Shown: in pieces, positions 1 to 7,043 of the stretch | Numbering within the stretch: position 1 is the stretch's first letter | How the letters are laid out: every line of letters begins with the position of its first letter | DNA from: Acidimicrobiia bacterium | GTDB taxonomy: Bacteria; Actinomycetota; Acidimicrobiia; Acidimicrobiales; JBBRKR01 | DNA: 38,640 bases | Direction of reading: 5' to 3' | Assembly (NCBI GenBank): GCA_043782545.1 | Contig: JAYWAI010000156.1 | Span: 1 to 38,640, forward strand | Translations under genes and position numbers: made by a program | The notes under the pieces: generated by a model | Databases searched by the model: none | Seen by the model: only the letters and a program-made list of their open reading frames with translations | What the model was told of the DNA's origin: nothing

Positions 1-3000
1 ACCGGGCCGCTCGCGGTGACGGTGGCGGACGTTGACACCCCCGCTGTCACCCTGACCGCTTCATCCGACGCTCCCGGAACCGTTACGACGTTCGCCAACA
101 TTGCAGCTCGCACCGTCACCGTGACTGGCCTGGCTGGCAACCCCGTCGGCACTGTCACGGTTACCGTCACCGCCAACGATAATGTCAACCTACCGGTCTC
201 GAGCACGTTCACCGTCGCCTTCAACAACGCCGCCCCCGTGATCATGACCGTGCCGGATCAGACCGTCGCTGCGCTCAACGGCACCACTGGTGCACTGGCG
301 GTCACCATTACCGACGCCGATACCGCTGCCGGGTCGATCACGCTGCTCCAAGCTACCGCGGTACCTGCCAGCGTTGGCGTGGTGGTCAACACTGCTGCGA
401 AGACGGTGACTGTCACCGGTGACGGTGTTGCAACGGCGGCAACGATCACACTACATGCCACGGACAGCATCACTCCAGCTGCTCCATCGACGTTTGTGGT
501 CACCTTCGCCAACTTCACGCCGAAGGCCACCCTGCCCGCTCCTCCACCGGTTATCGGATACACGAATTCCACCGGCACGCTGACCGTCACTGTGGCCGAC
601 GCGGACACCATAGGCGCGGTGACAGTCATGGCAACAGGCCCCGCAGGCGTGTCAGTTTCCCCGCTCGTCGCGGGAGTAGCGGGTGCGACTACGCGTGGGT
701 GGACCTTTTCTGTGGCGGGCAATCTGGGCACGTCGCCGAATGTTGTGTATCCAATTTCGGTGACTGTTCAAGATGGCGCGAACACGCCGACGACCTCCTC
801 GTTCAACGTGTCGTTCACGAATATTTCTCCGACGGTGTCGACGGTGGCTCCGCCCGCGGCAATCAAGGTAACGGCGAGCACCGGCGCACTGCCCGTCACT
901 GTCGGCGATACCGAGACCCCTGCAGCTACGCTGACACTTGGCGCGACATCAAACAATACGAAAATTATTCCTTTACCCGGCGGTTCGGGCTCGAACCGAA
1001 CCGTGAGTGTCACGGCCGCCGCCGATGCCCCAGTCGGTGCCACGGCACTGATCACACTCACGGTTACTGATACATCCGGCGACGCTGTAACGAACACGAG
1101 TTCTTCAACGTTCTTGGTCACCGTTGCAGACACGGCCCCCTCGAGCGCCAATACGCCGCCGATTCTGGTAGATCAAAACCCGGGAGCAAAACAGATCACT
1201 GTTACCGGCACCGACGCGAATATCGAACAGGCTGCATTGCTGTCAGCTGTGCCGAGCGCGCCAGCTAACGGCACGGTGTCTTGTAGCTCGCTCGTCTGCA
1301 CGTACAAGCCAAACGTGAACTTCGTCGGAGTAGACACATTTTTGTATCAAGTTTCCGATGGCACACTGTTATCTCCCTCAAGCACGGTGACGCTCAACGT
1401 TGGTTACCTCTGTACTCCGCTCCGCCAAGGCACGGCGAACCCCGACTCCATTACCGCGTTTGCCGGTGACGTCGTGTGCGCCATGGGTGGCAACGACTCG
1501 ATCAACGCAGATGCCATGCCTGATGTCATTATCGGCGGCCCAGGCATCGACACGGTGACCTTCAACACCACTGCCGGGCCCGACATCATTAGCGCCACCG
1601 AAAACGCGGTGACCGTTAACGGCGTGATCACCAAGCTGTACAACATCGAGCACATCGTGATCAACGGCGCCGCTGGCGACGACACGATTTCGGTCACGCA
1701 GGTGTCGCGTATTGGCGGCATCCCGGTGCTGGATTACACCGTAAGCGGCGGCACCGGAACGCTGGACCAATTGCGATATGTCACCCCGCTTGGCGGCGTC
1801 GACCCGACGGTCGCCAATGGCACGATGAAGGAAGGCAGCCTCCTCCTCGTCACCTTCTCTAGCATCGAGAATGCTGGCTTCCAACAAGCGCTCACACTTG
1901 GCGACAGCGGAGGCGCAGTGCCAAGCGCGGATAGCTTCACGCTGCAATACACCCGCCCACTCGGGTCTGTCTTCGACGGCCTCGGCATGAGTGACACCTA
2001 CAACATCCTGCCCGGCGGCTTCGTGGGCCCGATGACGATTAGCGACTCGGGTACGTCGGGCACCGACACCGCCAATATCCGCGGCACATCAGGCCCCGAC
2101 GTGTGGGCGATCGACGGCGAGCGGATCACGCCGAGTGTCGGCAGTTACGCCACGTATACCGGTATCGAATCGGTCAACGTTTCGCCCGGTGCTGGAGATG
2201 ACAACGTCACCTTTAGTGTCGACAACACCGGCCTATCGAAGTACTTTTTCGATGGCGGCTCGGGAAGTGACACACTCGTCATCGATGCTGGCCAACGAGC
2301 AGCGACGCTCACTCGAGGTTCATCGGGTTTGACGATTCTCACCATTGCCGGCCTCGCTCCGATCCCGATCATCCGCTTCGAGTCGATCACCATCACCAAC
2401 TCCTCGTCGGGCGATCAATCGATCTCGTCAATTGGATATTGGATGGTGGCCAGCGACGGCGGCATCTTCGCTTTCGGCGATCACAAATTCGAGGGGTCGG
2501 CGGGCGGTGAACACCTCAACTCGCCTGTCGTCGATATGTCCACGACTCCCAGTGGCAGGGGCTACACCTTGTGCGCGGCTGACGGCAGCGTGTTCAACTA
2601 CGGCGATTCGCCGTACCTGGGTTCCATGGGCGCCACTCGTCTCAACCAACCAATCGTGGGATGTGCCGCCACACCGTCAGGCCACGGCTACTGGCTCGTT
2701 GCCGCTGACGGAGGAATATTCTCATTCGGCGACGCGGCGTTTTACGGCTCGACCGGCGGTATCAAACTCAACCTGCCAGTAGTTGGTATGGCTTCGACGC
2801 CATCAGGCCACGGCTATTGGCTCGTCGCCAGCGATGGCGGGATCTTCTCTTATGGCGACGCGGCGTTTTACGGTTCGACGGGAGACCTCCGATTGAACCA
2901 ACCAGTGGTGGGCCTGTCGCGCACAGTCAGCGGCAAGGGCTATTGGTTAGTGGCAAGAGATGGCGGCATTTTCGCTTTCGGGGACGCGGCGTTCTACGGC

Positions 3001-3186
3001 TCGATGGGCGGCCAAGCTCTCAACAAGCCGATCGTCGGAATTGATCACACCATCAACGGATCTGGCTACTGGCTATTTGCCTCAGACGGTGGTGTGTTCT
3101 CATTTGGTGACGCCACGTTCTACGGGTCGACCGGGGCATTTACGCTGAACCAGCCCATGGTTCACGGCCGGGCCACAGGCTTCTAG
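1..3186 (+). CDS. Large secreted/cell-surface repeat protein; 5' end lies outside the window. Contains Ig/cadherin-like modules of about 95 aa, RTX-like GGxGxD-type motifs and C-terminal propeller-like repeats.
   Basis: Frame 1 is open from nt 1. [14 protein letters not shown] matches the internal module motif G.L.VTV.D.DT, so the GTG at 16 is not the real start. At least 4 modules share T.TVTG / VTV.DADT / F.V.F.N..P periodicity. [31 protein letters not shown] resembles cadherin-like/VCBS bacterial Ig domains. Ca-binding-type motifs: [33 protein letters not shown]. Stop TAG at 3184-3186. Confidence 0.85.
   Translation, partial: [1061 protein letters not shown]
2434..3183 (+). repeat. Six tandem in-frame 126-nt (42-aa) repeats with unit [31 protein letters not shown]....SG.
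   Basis: Units begin at nt 2434, 2560, 2686, 2812, 2938 and 3064; the last unit is 40 aa. Copies 3 and 4 match at 31/42 residues by my count and share the DNA string ggcgacgcggcgttttacgg. Confidence 0.9.
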
Positions 3187-4106
3187 CGATCAGTTGTTGC
3201 TCGGCGCTGCACGCAAGCGTCGAGTACCGCTTTGCCGACCACGGCTGTCATGATGATCGCCCCGCCGACGAGGACCGCCGGCTTGGGGCGTTCGTCAAAT
3301 TTGAAAAATATCCACAAAGGTGCGAGCACCATTTCCGCCTGGGCAAACACCATCATGCCCACCGCTGGTATTTGTGTGGCCGCCTGATTAAAGAACAACG
3401 TGCCCACGACAATGAGCACGGCACCGTGAAACAGCGCCCACCCAGTGCTGCTCCAGGGCGGTATTAGCGTGCGCCCGTTCACAATGGTCACGAGCCCGCA
3501 CAGCACAATCATGATCGAGGCGTAACCGCACAGCACCGGCGACCAGTCTCGGGTCGTGTCAGTGCGAATGCTCACCGCATACCCGGCAAACCCCACCGCC
3601 GACAGCAACGCCGAAATGTTGCCATTGAGGCTGCCCCCATGCAGGTCCCCGACCAGCATCACCAGGAGACCCGTGAATGCCATTGCCACCGCCCAGAGCG
3701 TGATGCGGGTCAATCGCTCGCCGAGAATGAAGTGCGCCATAACCACGGCAATGATGGGGCCCATCGACGCCAAGAACGCCGTGTTGGCCGCCACGTTGTT
3801 TTTGACCGAATACACGTAGGCCAGCGACGCCAGTAACAGCATGACATTGGCGGCCCACATCGTGCGCCCCGATGTCCACGCCACGACTAACAGTGATGTG
3901 CGGCGGCGCGCAACCGCCAGCGTCTCCATCACCACGATGATCCCAATCGAACGCCAAATCAGGTATTGCCAAGCGTCGGCCTGGCTAGCCAACCGGGCCG
4001 CTGGCGTCCCAAAGCTCCACACCACTCCGGCGCCAAACGCGAGCAGCGAATGAACCAGAATCGAGGAACGAGAAATTCGTGAGCGGTACGTTGGGCGGGC
4101 GGACAT
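3183..4106 (-). CDS. EamA/DMT-superfamily transporter (about 10 TM helices)
   Basis: 307 aa, almost entirely hydrophobic helices in two similar halves typical of EamA-type permeases. ATG at 4106. Its stop overlaps the stop of the convergent gene (CTAG at 3183-3186). Confidence 0.7.
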   Translation of the reverse strand: MSARPTYRSRISRSSILVHSLLAFGAGVVWSFGTPAARLASQADAWQYLIWRSIGIIVVMETLAVARRRTSLLVVAWTSGRTMWAANVMLLLASLAYVYSVKNNVAANTAFLASMGPIIAVVMAHFILGERLTRITLWAVAMAFTGLLVMLVGDLHGGSLNGNISALLSAVGFAGYAVSIRTDTTRDWSPVLCGYASIMIVLCGLVTIVNGRTLIPPWSSTGWALFHGAVLIVVGTLFFNQAATQIPAVGMMVFAQAEMVLAPLWIFFKFDERPKPAVLVGGAIIMTAVVGKAVLDACVQRRATTDR

Positions 4107-4119
4107 GACCGCCGAGACG

Positions 4120-4692
4120 TTAGCGGCGCGCTACCGGCCGATCGATAATGAAGTAGGCCAACACAGCCAGAATCCACAGCACACAGGCGAGAATGAGCAC
4201 GAGCGACAACGTCGAGAGCCCGGTGTCGTTGCTCGATGAACGGGTGCGACTCGAGATCAGATTGCTCAGGATCGTGGACTCGGTGGCGTCGCCGGTGTTG
4301 GAGGCGGCCGAAGTTTCCGGCGAGGGCACCGTCGAAGGAAGCTCCACATAGCTCACCGATGCTTGTGTCTGCGGCACGGTCGTGGTGCTGAGCGCCTCGG
4401 GAGCGGTTGATGCCGCGGTCGGCGCCGGCGTTGTCGACACGCCCGTGGTCGTCGTCGCCTTCGGCCGGGTCGTGGTGGTAGTCGCTGAGCGAGTCGTCGA
4501 TGGGTCAGTCGCTGGAGCTGTGGTTGACACCGTGGTGATCGGCGAGTCAGTAGTAGGAACCGTCGTTTCGCAAATGATTACGCTGCCATCGGGCTGCGTG
4601 CAGTAGTCGACTGCTGACGCCGCAGTGGCTGAAGTCACGAGACCGAACGCGACAAGCGTCAGTGCCGCCGCCAGTCGTCTCGTGAATGTCAT
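4120..4692 (-). CDS. Secreted Thr/Ser/Pro-rich protein with a C-terminal membrane anchor (hypothetical)
   Basis: The signal peptide MTFTRRLAAALTLVAFGLVTSATAASA begins at the internal ATG 4692, not the ORF-track start 4734. A small Cys-x10-Cys loop is followed by a long T/S/P low-complexity region. C-terminal TM LSLVLILACVLWILAVLAYFII plus a basic tail. TACGAT lies 7 nt upstream of ATG 4692 (leaderless-type -10). Confidence 0.6.
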   Translation of the reverse strand: MTFTRRLAAALTLVAFGLVTSATAASAVDYCTQPDGSVIICETTVPTTDSPITTVSTTAPATDPSTTRSATTTTTRPKATTTTGVSTTPAPTAASTAPEALSTTTVPQTQASVSYVELPSTVPSPETSAASNTGDATESTILSNLISSRTRSSSNDTGLSTLSLVLILACVLWILAVLAYFIIDRPVARR

Positions 4693-4754
4693 GGGGGGTA
4701 TCGTACGACCGTCGCGACCCTTTGGGAACACCATTGGGGCAACTACCTATCGAG

Positions 4755-5708
4755 TTAGCTCGACGAGGTCGTCGAACCAACGGTGGTCGTGGTCGTCGGG
4801 GCACCGTTTGTGGTCGTAGATGCCGAGCCAGGCGTCGTGGATGAAGTTGTCGTGGTCGTTGATGAGCCGACGGGGACCTTCTCCTCGATGGTTACCGTTT
4901 TGATAATGACATCTTTGGACGGCTTGCCGCCCAGGTTGCCGGTGCCAACATTGAGTGCCAGAATCTTCTTCACAATGTCAAGGCCGCGGGTGATATGGCC
5001 AAACGTTATGTACGAACCCTGAGAATCCAGCGAGTTGACCTTGGGACCGGCGGCAAAGAAGAGTTGTCCACCCGACGAGTTTGGTTTGCCCGAGTTGGCA
5101 TAAATGAGGTCGCCTTCGGTGTATTTGAATTTCAGCGGGTCGTCGGCGAAGTGGTAGCCAGGCCCTACATCCTTGTTGCTCTGCGTGTGTGGCGAGCCGC
5201 CTTGAATGATGTCGAGTCCGGGGTCGGTGCGGAAGATTGACGTGTTGTCGTAGTACTTATTTCGAACCAGGAACACGAAATCGTTCACGCCTACCGGCGA
5301 CCGCTTTTGATTCAGCTCGGCCACAACGGTGCCTTCGCTGGTTTCGAACGTGGCGGTGTACACGGCCTCGTCGGCAATGCACTTTTTCGGTGCTGCCGAG
5401 AACGTGGTGACCGGCGCAACCACGCCGCCGGGCGGTGGGCAATCGGTGGTGCCATACACGGGCACAGGCACAGCGGTCGTAGTCGTTTGCCCAACCGCAG
5501 TAGTCGTGGTGGTAGTTGCCACGACAGCAGGCTTGGTGTCGTCCTTAGAGAGCACGGCGACGAGCACGCCGATGGCGACCAGTGCGGCCACGAAAATGCC
5601 GACCCGCGTGATAAGCGATTTTGTCTTTGCTCGCTTTACTTGAGCGACTTGCGCCTCGATGCGAGCTTGTCGGAGGGACCGTTGATGTTCACGTTTCGGT
5701 GATGCCAT
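4755..5708 (-). CDS. Cyclophilin-type peptidyl-prolyl cis-trans isomerase, N-terminally membrane-anchored, with a Ser/Thr-rich C-terminal tail
   Basis: Cyclophilin core motifs: FETSEGTVVAELN, VNDFVFLVRNKYYDNTSIFR, IQGGSP, GDLIYANSGKPNSSGGQLFF. TM helix LITRVGIFVAALVAIGVLVAVL. Start is ATG 5708 (MASPKRE) or GTG 5717. Confidence 0.9.
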   Translation of the reverse strand: MASPKREHQRSLRQARIEAQVAQVKRAKTKSLITRVGIFVAALVAIGVLVAVLSKDDTKPAVVATTTTTTAVGQTTTTAVPVPVYGTTDCPPPGGVVAPVTTFSAAPKKCIADEAVYTATFETSEGTVVAELNQKRSPVGVNDFVFLVRNKYYDNTSIFRTDPGLDIIQGGSPHTQSNKDVGPGYHFADDPLKFKYTEGDLIYANSGKPNSSGGQLFFAAGPKVNSLDSQGSYITFGHITRGLDIVKKILALNVGTGNLGGKPSKDVIIKTVTIEEKVPVGSSTTTTTSSTTPGSASTTTNGAPTTTTTVGSTTSSS

Positions 5709-5789
5709 AGTTTGCACACGGTAGTAGTTGGCCGCCCGTTGGGGGATATCACCTCGAAATCCGCGGAGCCGGCGGACTACCCTTTAGCC

Positions 5790-7040
5790 GTGACTTTGGT
5801 CGTTCAAAAGTATGGTGGCACGTCGGTAGCCGACGCCGATCGGATGCGTTCAGTTGCCGAACACATTGCCTACACCCAAAAGCAAGGCAATCAAATTGTT
5901 GCCGTTGTATCGGCAATGGGCAAGGAAACTGACAATTTACTGGCGTTGGCCAACGCCGTTTCCAAGACCCATCCTGGGCGCGAAATGGACATGCTGCTCA
6001 CGGTGGGTGAGCGCAAGAGCATGGCGCTGTTGTGTATGGCGCTGGCCGATGTGGGCGTTGATGCCATGAGCTTTACGGGGAGCCAGGTCGGCATTATCAC
6101 CGACGAGACCCACGGCAAAGCCAAGATTCTTGAGGTGCGCGGCGACCGGGTTCGGGCTGCCCTAGCCGACGGCAAAGTGTGCGTCGTGGCTGGGTTTCAG
6201 GGCGTCTCGACGGCCAATGAAATCACGACCTTGGGCCGAGGCGGCTCTGATACCACGGCCGTAGCTGTGGCCTCAGCGCTCGATGCCGACGTGTGCGAAA
6301 TTTATACCGATGTGACAGGCGTGTTTTCCGCCGATCCGCGCATTGTGCCCCAAGCCCGCAAATTGCAACACGTCAACTTCGACGAGATGTTGGAGATGGC
6401 TGCCAGCGGCGGGCGAGTGTTGGCGCTGCGATCGGTCGAATTCGCTCGCAATCACAACGTGCCGTTGTACGTCCGTTCAAGCTTTACCTGGGAGCCCGGC
6501 ACGTGGGTTACCTCGAAGGAAAATTCTATGGAAGAACCAATTATCTCCGGCATTACCCACGACACCACCGAGGCCAAGGTGACAGTGCGCAGCGTGCCCG
6601 ATAAGCCGGGTATTTCGGCGGTGCTTTTTGAGGCGCTGGCAGCGGCCAACGTGAACGTCGACATGATCGTGCAAAACACCTCACACGATGGCACCACAGA
6701 TATTTCCTTCACCATGCCTAAGGCCGACATGGCGGTGGCCGAGAAAATCGTGAGCGACGTCGCAACCCAGATCGGCGCTCAGGGCGTCGATCACAATGCT
6801 TCGATCGCCAAAGTGTCGCTCATCGGTGCCGGTATGAAAACGTCGCCTGGCGTGGCCGCAAAAATGTTCCGCGTGTTGGCCGACAACGGCGTAAACATCG
6901 AAATGATTTCGACGTCCACGATTCGCATTTCGGTGGTCGTCACGAGCGGCGATGTGGAGAAGGCCGTGCGGGCCTTGCACACCGCTTTCGGTCTCGACAG
7001 CGGCGCGGTGTATTCAGCGCCCCTGCCTGACCGCAAGTAA
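5790..7040 (+). CDS. ask: Aspartate kinase
   Basis: VTLVVQKYGGTSV N-terminus is typical of aspartokinases; LGRGGSDTTAVAVA motif; two C-terminal ACT-like regions. I prefer GTG 5790 to the ORF-track start 5712. It gives the canonical N-terminus and has TACCCT at 5778-5783, 6 nt upstream (leaderless-type -10). Confidence 0.95.
   Translation: MTLVVQKYGGTSVADADRMRSVAEHIAYTQKQGNQIVAVVSAMGKETDNLLALANAVSKTHPGREMDMLLTVGERKSMALLCMALADVGVDAMSFTGSQVGIITDETHGKAKILEVRGDRVRAALADGKVCVVAGFQGVSTANEITTLGRGGSDTTAVAVASALDADVCEIYTDVTGVFSADPRIVPQARKLQHVNFDEMLEMAASGGRVLALRSVEFARNHNVPLYVRSSFTWEPGTWVTSKENSMEEPIISGITHDTTEAKVTVRSVPDKPGISAVLFEALAAANVNVDMIVQNTSHDGTTDISFTMPKADMAVAEKIVSDVATQIGAQGVDHNASIAKVSLIGAGMKTSPGVAAKMFRVLADNGVNIEMISTSTIRISVVVTSGDVEKAVRALHTAFGLDSGAVYSAPLPDRK
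6528..7040 (+). CDS. Putative in-frame aspartokinase beta subunit from an internal start within ask
   Basis: In-frame ATG 6528 (MEEPIISGITHDTTEAKVTV) is preceded by GAAGGA at 6515-6520. The position and sequence mirror the internal lysC-beta start described in Corynebacterium and Mycobacterium. Confidence 0.5.
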   Translation: MEEPIISGITHDTTEAKVTVRSVPDKPGISAVLFEALAAANVNVDMIVQNTSHDGTTDISFTMPKADMAVAEKIVSDVATQIGAQGVDHNASIAKVSLIGAGMKTSPGVAAKMFRVLADNGVNIEMISTSTIRISVVVTSGDVEKAVRALHTAFGLDSGAVYSAPLPDRK

Positions 7041-7043
7041 CAA

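Noticed and set aside
5709-5789. Nested stems (GGTAGT...ACTACC, CCGCC...GGCGG) upstream of ask, considered as a riboswitch or leader.
   Set aside because: It is too short for a lysine riboswitch and has no recognisable conserved core. The TACCCT box 6 nt before GTG 5790 suggests that ask is leaderless, so most of this region would not be transcribed with ask.
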